Assembly: GCF_006345805.1 (NCBI RefSeq)
Contig: NC_043001.1
Span: forward strand, 32,612,001-32,676,000
Source of the DNA: Octopus sinensis
Lineage: Eukaryota
Direction of reading: 5' to 3'
Length of the DNA stretch: 64,000 nt
Positions 51,050 through 63,876 of this stretch are shown in pieces. The position numbers and the translations under genes are program-made. Under the pieces are notes generated by a model. The model saw nothing but the letters and a program-made list of their open reading frames with translations. It did no database searches and had not been told where the DNA came from. How positions within the stretch are numbered: the first letter of the stretch is position 1; the number at the start of each line of letters is the position of its first letter.

Positions 51050-52030
51050 ACGCACTCTCTCTCACACACGCACTCCCTCTCACACACGCACTCTCTCTCA
51101 CTCTCTTTTTCCCTCTCTCTTTGTTCCCATTTCTTTCTGTCTGTCTCCCTCTCTTTCTTCCTCTCCCTCCCGCTCCTTCTCTCTCTCTCCGTCCTTCTCT
51201 TTCACTCTTTGTTGCTAATTTTCTTTCCCTCTCTCTCTCCCTGTTCTTTCTCTCCCTCTTTTACTACTTTTCTTTTTCTCACACTCCTCTAATTTCTCTC
51301 TCTCACTCTCTCTTACCCTCTCTCTTTGCTCCCATTTCTTTCTGTCTGTCTCCCTCTCTTTCTTCCTCTCCCTCCTTCTCTTTCTCTCTCTCTCTCCGTC
51401 CTTCTCTTTCACTCTTTGTTGCTAATTTTCTTTCCCTCTCTCTCTCTCCCTATTCTTTCTCTCCCTCTTTTACTACTTTTCTTTTTTCTCACACTCCTCT
51501 ACTTTCTCTCTCTCACTCTCTCTTTCCCTCTCTCTTTGTTCTCATTTCTTTCTGTCTGTCTCCCTCTCTTTCTTCCTCTCCCTCCCTCTCTTTCTCTCTC
51601 TCTCCGTCCTTCCCTTTCACTCTTTGTTGCTAATTTTCTTTCTCTCTCTCTCTCCCTGTTCTTTCTCTCCCTCTTTTACTACTTTTCTTTTTTCTCACAC
51701 CCCGCTACTTTCTCTCTCTCACCCTCTCTCTCTCTTCTCTATCCCTCGCTCATTTTCTCTCTCTCCCTGCTTTCCATTTTTCACTTTGTTGCCATCGCCC
51801 TTTCTCTCTTTCTGCATGTGTCTGACTGTCTCACTCTGTGCCTTAGTGTCTATCTGTTTGTCTATCTGTGCATCTCTCTATCCATCTCTCTGAATCTCTC
51901 CTCCTTCTCTCTCTCCTTCTCTCTCTCCTTCTCTCTCTCTCTATCCATCTATCTATCTATCTTTTTTTCTTTTTTTCTTCTTTCCATTTTACGATCCCTT
52001 TTCATCGAAAACCTACCCCACCTTTTTTTC
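51050..52030. repeat. ~1-kb polypyrimidine tract containing a ~205-bp unit repeated about three times
   Basis: Unit starts near 51122, 51327, 51537. Confidence 0.9.
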
Positions 52031-52109
52031 CCCTAAAAAGAAAAGCTCTACTGTGTAATCTGTCCCGTCTGTGTGCAGCCCTGTGTGGCTTATAAAGAAA
52101 CATATCTAC

Positions 52110-52197
<88 letters not shown>

Positions 52198-52296
52198 ATC
52201 TATCTATCTATCTATCTATATGTATTTATCTATATCTATCTATATCTATCTATCTATATCTATCTATCTATATCTATCTATATCTATCTATCTATA

Positions 52297-52393
<97 letters not shown>

Positions 52394-52395
52394 GC
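52110..52395. repeat. (TATC)n microsatellite
   Basis: Direct reading. Confidence 0.95.
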
Positions 52396-52791
52396 CAATA
52401 AAAAAGAAGCTGTTGATATTCTTTCAACAAATATATCTGCATGTTAATGTTGATATTACTGTTGTACATGCAACTGTTGTTTATATGGTAAATATTAAAG
52501 TCATTGTTACTTTTAACGACCACAATAAAATTCGTTGTTCATATTTCTTTTAGGGTTCCTGTCTCGCTTCACGTTGTACTTAACGCCCTCTTGTGTATGA
52601 AATTCTTTCTGAAGTTGGTGCAAACAATTTTAGGAAATATTTATTTGCATGTAGAGATAATAGAAAATGATGGTTCGTCACACAGAAACATAAGTGGACA
52701 CTCATTAGGTACGAGTGTTTTGTAATATTCTATTCAGCTCTCTGAAATAAATGCAATGAATTTCTACAGTAGTGGACTGTACTAACGTTTG

Positions 52792-52833
<42 letters not shown>

Positions 52834-52904
52834 GAACAAAGACATACATACATGCACGCTTGCATACATAAATACATATATGTATTATATATATATATAT
52901 TATG

Positions 52905-52942
<38 letters not shown>

Positions 52943-53039
52943 ATCCAAACATGAAAACACAAAGAGAAAATACAACAACGCGAGGACGTGGAACAAGTAT
53001 AGTATTATTGGACGCTCAGGAAAGAAGGAAAGAAGGAGG

Positions 53040-53074
53040 GTTTAACGTTTCGAGCGGAGCTCTTCGCCAGAAAC
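53040..53074 (-). ncRNA. Minimal type I hammerhead motif in H2 copy 52937-53092, core CTGGCGA
   Basis: gttt-CTGGCGA-a-GAGC tcc GCTC-GAAA-CG-TT-aaac. Confidence 0.6.
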
Positions 53075-53096
53075 ATAGGAAAAGGAAAGATCCATA

Positions 53097-53132
<36 letters not shown>

Positions 53133-54082
53133 TGTATGTATGTATGTATGTATGTATGTATGTATGTATGTATGTATGTATATAATTATATATGTATGAG
53201 TGTTCAATTTATAGGAAAGATCTAGGGAAATAATTACAAGGTAGCCAAATGTTGCTTCAGTGTCTCAGGAGTCAATGATCAGAGTTGTGTGGGAGTTAAT
53301 TTCAGGGAGAAGCAAGACGTACTGAGGAGAACATTGGAAAAATTGAAAATGGAGACAAACGCTTATATAATCGACATATGTTTCGATGGGGGCATTCAAA
53401 ATACATCAGATAAGATGAATAATGTCCAGTAATGCATCAATTTCATCAGAAAGGATATATATGAAGATATAAATGATTTAATAACCTCTTGACTGCCTGT
53501 TTCAGACAGAAACAAGGAAAATGCCACTTGTATTTGAACACTATGCAAATATTCTTTTAAAAAACCTTCTTTTAATTTTTCCAAAATTTAATTATTTTCC
53601 ATACTTACAGTTGAAAAAGTCTTAATGACTGAAACCGGTACTGAAATGATTTTTATAAAATTATTTTAGCCTTTTCTACCTTGACTTGTTTTTCCATATA
53701 TATCAACTTGTGTGTTCCTTTTCAACCTTCTATATATGTAAATAAGTATAGATACATGTATAGATATAGATGTATTTATGTATATGTGTATGTATACAAC
53801 GAATGAAGGTTAACTTGCTTTAAAGACATGAAGAACTATGAACTGGGTTGTCTGGTTCAAATTCTAAAAGAACTGAGAGCAAAGACAAATTCACGAACTA
53901 TCGTTCTGGTTCTTCTGAAAAACAATCCTTTCTTACATCCATTCAGAGGATCTGATAGTAAACCGTCGGCAGGATTAATGCTTGACATGAGATACAGACA
54001 TCTGGGCATAAATATAGGAAATAATATTATTGCGGGAGATCATATTAAGTATATGTATATGTATGTATGTATGTAGTATGTA

Positions 54083-54128
<46 letters not shown>

Positions 54129-54994
54129 GTATATATATAGACATATATATATATGGGTTTGTATGCATATGTATGTCTCTGTATGTCTAGAAATATTTAC
54201 CTTTCTCTGTCTTTGTTCATCCCAGCACGGTTTTGATCTATAACCCTCATTTCGACAAAATGCCTAAAAGACTTCTAAATTCGAGTTTCTTAATCTAAGT
54301 GATCTGCCTATGATTCTTTGAATTTGTATCATGAGAACGTGTATTCGAGATGCTTTTTTCGAGACGAATACCGCAGTATTACGATGTTCTTAAAAGTCGA
54401 CCAGATTAAGAATATAAAGACGTGTGTGTGCACATGTGCGTGTGTTTGTGTATTATACTATATTTATATGGTTTAGATTTTTGGCTCAAGATTAACAATT
54501 TTAGGGGAGAGGAAAAGTCAATTACATCGATCCCAGCTCTCAACTGGTAATTCTTTTATCGAGCCCAGAAGTAAAGACGGACGAAATAATACTAAGCATT
54601 CTGCCCGGTGTGCTAACGATTCTGCCACCTCGCTGCCCTATGCTTTAATAATTTGAATGTGATGTAGTTTCTGTTCTCGGCTCAAGGAATGCCACAAGCA
54701 ATGTTGACACTATAAACACAGACATCAAACTGTTGAAGGTGTCTTTCCTGTCGCTCGCCTTAGTGGAAATAGCAACCACATAAGCTTCAAATACTACAAT
54801 ACCATTTTTATAGAAGGATGAAATTAGATTGTGCGGTCATAGATGCACCATATTTGTAAGAAATGACTACAATAGAAACTGGATGAAAAATACCGAATAC
54901 ATTTCGCAAGCCCACGAGGAATGAAATACGTAAACGGGACATAATACAGAAAATATAACTAGAACTTAGTTGTAGTTTTAACACATACATGTTG

Positions 54995-55299
54995 TTATCT
55001 GTTCCTTCTCGAGCCATGCCTGGCTCATAAAGGCCGTCTTCCCGGTTTCCTTGGTGTATAGGTTCCCCACCTAGACGAGACGCCGGTCCATCGCAGGTGA
55101 GCTGCAAGATGCTGGAGGAAAGAGTGAGAGAAAGATGTGGCGAAAGAGTCAGCAGAAGTTTCGCCATTACCTTCTGCCGGAGCCGCGTGGTGCTTAGGTC
55201 TTTCGCTCATAAACACCCACATCGCCCGGTCTGAGATTCGAATCTGCAATCCCGCAACCGCGAGTCCGCTGCTCTAACCACTAGGCCATGTGTCTCCAC
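54995..55299 (-). mobile_element. SINE family B
   Basis: Homology. Confidence 0.9.
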
Positions 55300-56041
55300 A
55301 CATGCATATTGTAAACTGAATCCGTTGCACTACAGCAACCTGATCCTGGAGTGCTTTTAAAAGAGTCTATTCTGATAAAGGCTTTCGATGACAGATCTAA
55401 CGGTTTGGTAATACCTTCCTAACGAGTCTCGGAAGTTCTGTAAAGGGTCATCGGTGCCATCTTTCGTTGCACTAAAAGATTATTTATATATATATATATA
55501 TGCACCCATATAAACATACGTACACAGACACACGTATAATTCCATGAGTTAGTGAATGCAGGTGTGTGTGAACATGTTCGCAGATTGTCTGTGAGTGTGT
55601 CTATGCGTGTTACGTCTACTTTCTGTTATGCATATTCGAAAATCAATAACAATCCAGTATAGACATTTCCTTTTTAACAAGGTTTATAATTTCCTGCAAG
55701 CGGACGATCAGACAAATGCTGTCATATATACATGGCCCAGCCGCTGCAAATAACACGCCATTAGAGTTTTATATAGTTCTTAGTATGAAAGAGCTATTTG
55801 ATGAGTGTACCTTTATCATTGTTTAAAAACACGCCCTCAAGTTCATAGAAATATATATATGCATGTGTGTGTGCGTGTGCGTGTGTGTGTGTATAGACAC
55901 ACAAACACACGTATATATAGAGGTATATATATATATACATATACATATTATATATATAATATATATATATATAAACAAATACATATACATATAAATATGA
56001 TATATATATGTATATATATAAGCATATATATATATGCATAC

Positions 56042-56080
<39 letters not shown>

Positions 56081-57002
56081 TATACAAGCATATATATATA
56101 ACACATACATACATATATAAGCATATATATATAATACATACATACATACATATATAAGCATATATATATAATACATACATACATACATACATATATAAGC
56201 ATATATATATAATACATACATACATATATATATATATTATAATAAGATATATATTATATATATATGCTATATAGATATGCATACACACACGCACACACAT
56301 ACATGAGGGGTTTTATCGTTTTTTAGGGTTTTTGTTTTATTTTTCATCATTTCCGTGATTGTGAAAGAAACTATGCGCACTTGCTCAACTCTACATTCTC
56401 ATTCGGAGCCATCTATGCTCTCATACACATGCACGCATGCACATTCGCACGAGCGTGTGCGTGCACACACACGAATACACACACACACACACACCACACA
56501 CACACATTTTCGCATGCACACGCACACACAGACACATTCAGGCACAGAAATGCAAACACACGTACATTCATCGACTCCGCCATCTTTGGCACCATATAAA
56601 CTTCGTGTAAGGCTGGCACGTATAATTTTACATCCACTTCCGTATCTAATATTAGTGGTCGTAATATTTTATGAAAGGCAAGGTCAACTGGGTGTGAATG
56701 GAATTGAAGACCATTAGGTACTGCAACACACAGACAAATATGATAGGTTTAATTTTTTAGTATTTCTGGAAATTTATCTACATTTTACATTGATTGGTTT
56801 TAAACTCGTTTAAACATAAGTCTGCTATATTACTGCTCTTTATATCATCGATCTTGAAAATTGGGATGGCGAGATTCGAACTTATAACTTCAGAGAGTGA
56901 AACTCAATATATAATAGTTTTAGTCTGTTTACTGTTCTGCCGTTTTTTGAAATCCACGTTTTAACGGTACAATTTCTTGATAAATATATATTTTTGTTCT
57001 AT

Positions 57003-57080
57003 ACAGGTGGTACTATTGAGTTAGACATGGCCTGGGCCTATACTGGCCGGAACCTATCAAAGTCATCAAAGTTATCAAAA
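57003..57080 (+). mobile_element. 3' tail only of the CR1/L2-group LINE seen at 31994-33481
   Basis: CAGGTGG...GTTAGACATGGCCTGGGCC...CCTATCAAAG. Confidence 0.8.
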
Positions 57081-57419
57081 TTACATATTCGCTGCCCAAT
57101 GTTTCAGAGAAGGTCGTGGAAATGGAGTCTCCAGACAGCTCTTCCGTAGCGTTCTTTCAGAAGCAAATGTCATTACACTTTCGTGCAGGATTTCCAAGTG
57201 TGACCAAACTGTGGGTATAATCCAATCATCTCGTAGGTATACTACCTGTTGGCTTGGCTTGAAGAGTCCGTCTTTCGATCCTTTCCAATGACAACCAAAT
57301 CACATCCGTTGTTCAGGAGCTAAGACGTCCCACTTCAGAGAAGTGGTAGCTCGACCTAGAGAGAGTAATTGATCTCCGAGCCATGCTTCCTCTCGAGGAA
57401 CGTTCCTCCAGCAGTCACT

Positions 57420-57726
57420 CAGTACTTATTCTATCGGTCTCTTTTGCCGAACCGCTAAGTGACGGGGACGTAAACACACCAGCATCGGTTGTCAAGCAAT
57501 GCTAGGGGGACAAACACAGACACACAAACACATACACACACATATATATATATACATATATACGACAGGCTTCTTTCAGTTTCCGTCTACCAAATCCACT
57601 CACAAGGCATTGGTCGGCCCGGGGCTATAGCAGAAGACACTTGCCCAAGATGCCACGCAGTGGGACTGAACCCGGAACCATGTGGTTGGTTAGCAAGCTA
57701 CTTACCACACAGCCACTCCTGCGCCT
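57420..57726 (-). mobile_element. SINE family A, tail-truncated
   Basis: Homology. Confidence 0.9.
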
Positions 57727-57806
57727 ATTCCTGGTTATTATTTAAAATTTTCGACCATAGGGGTGTTCACCACAAAAAGTCAAAGTTGAATTTAGTTTTT
57801 GAATTT

Positions 57807-58401
57807 AGACGGTGTGAGACTATGGTTAAGCAATAGTTATTCTAGATAAGATATGAAATAAAGAGTGAAGTGGAGGAATGAAAATAGACGTGAGATATGC
57901 AGGGTTATTGCATCTGTAGTTCTAATATTTAGGCAGAATGGTTTGCATATAAGACGGTGAGCCGGCAGAAACTTTAGCACGCCGGGCGAAATACTTAGCG
58001 GTATTTTGTTTACCGTTACGTTCTGAGTTCAAATTCCACCGAGGTCGACTTTGCCTTTCATCATTTCGGGCTCGATAAATTAAGCACCAGTTACGCACTG
58101 GAGTCGATGTAATCGACTTAATCCGTTTGTCTATCCTTGTTTGTCCCCTCTATGTCTTGCCCCTTTGTGGGCAATAAGGAAATAAGAATGGTATGCATAT
58201 AAGGTTCCTGTACCTTGAGAGTAAGTTCCAATAGTACTCACAAGGTACTAAAATCTTATATGTATCTCATTCTGCCTAAATATTAGAACTACAGATGCAA
58301 TATCCCTGCATATCTCACGTATATTTTCATTCTTCCAATTCACTCTCTATTTCATATCTTATCTAGAATAACTATTGCTTAACCATTTTCTCACATCGTC
58401 T
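57807..58401. repeat. ~165-bp-arm fold-back (rod) interrupted by SINE D
   Basis: About 16 mismatches over ~167 bp after SINE removal; loop 58224-58234. Confidence 0.9.
57954..58184 (+). mobile_element. SINE family D with ~19-bp TSD
   Basis: AGAATGGT(T/A)TGCATATAAG at 57935-57953 and 58185-58203. Confidence 0.9.
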
Positions 58402-58445
58402 CTGATGAAGGGATATATAAAATATCCCGGAAACAGCTGTAAGAC
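58398..58445 (+). ncRNA. Type I hammerhead ribozyme (family H1), predicted cleavage after GUA 58441
   Basis: GTCT-CTGATGA-a-GGGATAT ataaa ATATCCC-g-GAAA-C agct G-TA-AGAC; intact core, palindromic stem III. Confidence 0.8.
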
Positions 58446-58712
58446 CTATTTATAAATGCTTTGAAATCTTTCACACCCTTGGATTTTTATCTCCTTCTCA
58501 AAATTTATATATATATATATATATAAAACAGTTGCAGCATAACCCACGTCTTCGTATCTCAACTTTTGAAAATCAGTGCAAACTGTGAAACCAGTTAAAT
58601 CATTAAACATGATTAATTTTTTTTTTTTACTTTTCTCAGTGAATTTTCAACTTTTGTTATATATATATATACATATACATACACCACACACCCACACACA
58701 CACACACCACAC

Positions 58713-58770
<58 letters not shown>

Positions 58771-58889
58771 TATATGTATGTAAGGAATAAATGGTCTAAT
58801 ATCTATACAGCCTTGGTTTTTTTTATATCATTAAGCAAAAATTCATATGTATGTATGTATGTATCTATATTATATAATATATCTATATA

Positions 58890-58960
<71 letters not shown>

Positions 58961-59229
58961 AATAGATATATGTACGTGTGTGTATATATGACGGGATTCT
59001 TTCAGTTTTCGTCTACCAAATCTACTCACAAGGCTTTAATCAGCCTGAGGATATGGTAGAAGACAATTGTACAAGGTGACACAGTGTGGGACTGAACATC
59101 GGACCATGTGGCTAACTTCTTACCACACTCTCCATATATACATATATGCATACATATTCATATGTACGAGAGAGAATGGGGTAGAGAGAGAGAAAGAAAG
59201 AGAGAGAGAGAAGAGGGTAGAGACCGAAA

Positions 59230-59349
59230 GTGATATACGCATGCATACATACATACATACCCTTATACATACATGCACACATTCATACTTACATATATGC
59301 ATGCATGCATAAATACATACATGCATACATACATACATACATACATACA

Positions 59350-59380
<31 letters not shown>

Positions 59381-59800
59381 GCTCGCATGCCTGTATACAT
59401 ACATTCATCCATTTATCCATACATCCATCCATTCATACATGCATCCATCCATTCATACATGCATTTATACACACATGCATACATCCATACATTCATACAT
59501 ACATTTATACATACATGCATACACATACATACAGACATACATTCAGCTAGCCAGCCATGCATCCATCCATACATACCTACCTACCTACAGACATAAATGC
59601 ATGCATACATTACATACATATATCCATATATACATACATGCATACGTACATAAATACATGCACATATACATTCCTTCATTCATACATACATTCATACATA
59701 CATACATACATACATGCATACATGCATACATACATACATACATACATACATACATACATACATACATACATACATACATACGCATACAATATATACATAT
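59230..59800. repeat. Degenerate (CATA)n field
   Basis: Direct reading. Confidence 0.95.
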
Positions 59801-60212
59801 ATATAACATAACACAACATAATAAGGCACAATTTAATGAACAGCAACACTACGTCTCATTTAATATCTTGGAAAGGAGATATATTAATCGGACGAAGATG
59901 AAAGAAAAAATAACATACTCTATCGTACGGCGAAATCGATTTAAGAGGTGGAGCTTGTTTAAAACTTGTTTTCATTTCCTCGTCTGACTCTGTGTTGCTT
60001 AGCTGGGTATGAATGACTGGAGCTAGCCATTCATATCAAAATTACATTATCATAATCAATAAGAAGTGATGCTGACACACCTTCGAGGTGTTTAATGAAT
60101 ATTCTGGATATAGCTGTTCACACGTTGTTACTCTTTTATACGTCTGTACTATTCTTTTGTTGCATGTTTTCGGCCATCCAACTGTTACATATGAATACAT
60201 GCATATATATAT

Positions 60213-60251
<39 letters not shown>

Positions 60252-60439
60252 CATACACACATTCTGCATACATATATGCATGTATGTGTGTAAATGTATG
60301 TATATATACATGTATATGTATACTTATGCAGATATGTATATGTACATACATGCATCCATACATATATACATATATACATATATATATACATATATACGAC
60401 GGGCTTCTTTCAGTTTCCGTCTACCAAATCTCCCCCACC

Positions 60440-60513
<74 letters not shown>

Positions 60514-60643
60514 CCGGGTGGTTTCTTGCAAATTTACAACGGAAAGGCAGAAAAAACTGAGTTTTTTAAACTCTTATTTCTAAATGCACTGGCTAGTGTT
60601 CTCAGTCACCTTCGTGATCTATCTATCTATCTATCTATCTATG

Positions 60644-60722
<79 letters not shown>

Positions 60723-60749
60723 TTATCTATCTATCCATCTATCTATGTA

Positions 60750-60806
<57 letters not shown>

Positions 60807-61108
60807 GAATGTTAGTTTTTATGTGGAGTTACACTAGACGTTATTTTATGTTAAACTGAAGGGTTATTCAGTATATTTTAGAGTACATATCTATCATATT
60901 ATACTCTTAAAAGAAGAGCAGTGACAGTGTGCGTGTGTGTGTGTGTATGTGTGTGACTGTGTGTGTCTGTGTATGATGTCTGTATGTCTGTATAAATATA
61001 TATATATTTAACATAAGGGACGTTAGCCATCCGAATGTGGCTAGGGACAGGGCAGGGCGGTGGGGGTGTTACTGATGCATTTAGCCCCAGGCGATCATCA
61101 ACGTCACC

Positions 61109-61169
<61 letters not shown>

Positions 61170-61402
61170 TTATTTTTTCCTTCTTTCTTCAAATTTTCTT
61201 CTATTTCTCGCCGAGTGTTTTCCATACACCTAGGGCAGAGAAGGGCATTGTATGCATTCCCAGATTACACGCGCAAATTCACAGATAAAATATGTATTTA
61301 AAAATTAATTAATAAATAAATTCATGGATGAAAGTTATTTTCACAGCGATAGTGCTCTTATCAGTACATGAGCCGTTATTATTATTATTATTATTATCAT
61401 TA

Positions 61403-61620
61403 TTCAGTAGTTTTATTTTTATGGCGTGCTTTCACTTCACTACCGAGCGCAGCTCTGTGTGCCTTGGGTATGTGCTGTGATTTGTTGTGATGCTCTGATG
61501 GTTATTGTATGGAAAGTGTTCTGCGTAGGATGTGTGCAGTGCCTAGTAGTGCAATTTTCTGTATGTTATATGTGTTTGTAAGTCCTGGTGTTTTTGTCTA
61601 AATATTTTTTTTATCATGCC
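61403..61620 (-). mobile_element. R4/Dong-like LINE 3' fragment between (TTA)n arrays
   Basis: Matches 45130-45357. Confidence 0.85.
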
Positions 61621-61658
<38 letters not shown>

Positions 61659-61833
61659 GCTTAAACCGTTCGATTCGGCCCTATGAGGCTTAAAATTTCG
61701 CGGGCTTCTAACAGAAACCTATCTCATTCAGACTTAGATTACTGAATCCGATAATTTATGCCCGAAAGAAATATATTAATGTTAGAAGCCCACGAAAATA
61801 TTATTCGAATCAAAGTGTTTTAAATGATAATAT

Positions 61834-62048
61834 CTTTACTTTACTTTACTTACTTGTTTCAGTCATTTGACTGCGGACATGCTGGAGCACCGCCTTTTTT
61901 AGTCGAGCAAATCGACCCCGGGACCTATTCTTTGTAAGCCCAGTACTTATTCTATCGGTCTCTTTTGCCGAACCGCTAAGTAACGGGGACGTAAACACAC
62001 TAGCATCGGTTGTCAAGCAATGCTAGGGGGACAAACACAGACACACAA

Positions 62049-62097
<49 letters not shown>

Positions 62098-62263
62098 TAC
62101 GACAGGCTTCTTTCAGTTTCCGTCTACCAAATCCACTCACAAGGCATTGGTCGGCCCGGGGCTATAGCAGAAGGCACTTGCCCAAGATGCCACGCAGTGG
62201 GACTGAACCCGGAACCATGTGGCTGGTTAGCAAGCTACTTACCACACAGCCACTCCTGCGCCT
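61834..62263 (-). mobile_element. SINE family A, full length
   Basis: Homology. Confidence 0.9.
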
Positions 62264-62314
62264 ATCTTGAGTACTTTTTTCTTCCGTTTGTCCACTCACC
62301 CTTATTCATACGTG

Positions 62315-62628
62315 AAGGCGCATAGCTCAGTGGTTAGAGCGTCGAACTCACTATCACGAGGCAGTGAATTTGGTTTCCGGACCTGGCTGTGTATTGTGTT
62401 CTTGAGCAAGACACTTTATTTCACTTTGCTTCAGTTCACTCAGCTGTAGTAATAAGTTGCCACGCTGTAATATCTTTTACCTTTTCACTGGTTAATATCG
62501 ATGGCGTGGAGAGGGGAGGCCAGTATGCATGGGCGACTGCTGGCCTTCCATAAACAACCTTTCCCGGACTTGTGCCTCTCGGGGTAAACTTCTTGGTGTA
62601 AGCCCATTGTCATTCATGACCGAAGGGT
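62315..62628 (+). mobile_element. tRNA-derived SINE related to family C
   Basis: GGCGCATAGCTCAGTGGTTAGAGCG head; TTGAGCAAGACACTTTATTTCAC core. Confidence 0.7.
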
Positions 62629-62974
62629 GTTAAAAATTTTTCACTTCCCGAGCGTTAAACTAATACATCTTTTTGTTGTCAACACCACCTGTCTTCGTCT
62701 TTTGTGAATTCTCCCCATATATTACACGCTCACGTGGTCGCACCAGTTGATCCTGTCTTCTCTCATCACCCAACGAACTTTCAGCTGCACCTCTCCTGGC
62801 CATGGATTACACTGGACTCCTCTGTTGATGAAAAATCGCTCCAATACACCACGACGTTCGAAGCAATTGAATATTTTGAACTTTTCGTACTTTTTTTATA
62901 ATTTGTAACTCTTTTTGTACTTTCTGCTTTTTCCTATTATCGTTTCTTCCTACATATCTGATCTTTCTGCCTTC

Positions 62975-63010
62975 CTTTCTGTGGAAGAGCGTAGGCTCGA
63001 AACGTTAAAG
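62975..63010 (+). ncRNA. Minimal type I hammerhead motif, core variant CTGTGGA
   Basis: CTTT-CTGTGGA-a-GAGC gtag GCTC-GAAA-CG-TT-AAAG. Confidence 0.6.
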
Positions 63011-63168
63011 GCTTTTTCACTTCCAGAGCGTTAAACTAATACATATGTTCGTTGTCTACACCACCTGTCTTCGTCATTTTTTTTTTGTGATTCTGCTGTG
63101 GCCGCGTGTGTACCGTTGGCGATTTTTTTTCCTTCGTCTTCCCTTCTTTGGATCTTTCCTTTTCCCAT

Positions 63169-63203
63169 GTTTCTAACGAAGGGTTCCGCTCGAAACGTTA
63201 AAC
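63169..63203 (+). ncRNA. Minimal type I hammerhead motif, core variant CTAACGA (probably inactive)
   Basis: GTTT-CTAACGA-a-GGGT tcc GCTC-GAAA-CG-TT-AAAC. Confidence 0.55.
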
Positions 63204-63834
63204 CCAATAATACTATACTTATTCCACGTCCTCGCGTTGTTGTGTTTTCTCTATGTGTTTTCATGTTTGGATTAACTATATATATATATATATATCTTCC
63301 ACCCTCTTTGATTCCCTCTCTCTCTGTCTCTCTTTCTCTCTCTCCTGCGACCTGCTGCTTCTTCAACCATTCTGTTGGCCTTCGTATCTCGACCAACATG
63401 TGTCCCCGCTACCGAAACGGTAATTATTTCTACGCCAGCTGCTATGTTGTTGTTGTTTTGTCTCATTTGGTCTAAAGTCGTAAGACAACCACCGTTATAT
63501 ATATTTTGTTTATTCATTACTGTTTTCAATTTCGTTTTCGTCTCTTGTATTCACATCCGTCTTGTGCGTTCACATTCCTGTCTTCTACCAAGAAATCTAA
63601 TGCTTACAGCTTAGTTTTTTTTCTTGGGGCTGGCCGAGTTGGAGCAAATATCAGAATTGAACAGCCGAAATTTGCGATGATGATCGGGTGTCTGGACTGA
63701 AGATTGAAGGCTTCGAATGATTTGTCTGTGTTCCGTGTTCGTCCCTTCCTGTATTTCACGTTCATTATATAATAAAACATTCATTCTATATAATATATAT
63801 ATATATAGATATAATATATATTATATATATACTA

Positions 63835-63876
<42 letters not shown>

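Larger units (their letters stand above)
62632..63280 (+). mobile_element. HHR-bearing partial-tandem element (Penelope-like LTR or retrozyme-like)
   Basis: 375-nt unit, partial repeat 63007-63088, two HHR motifs, ends in (TA)n. Confidence 0.7.
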
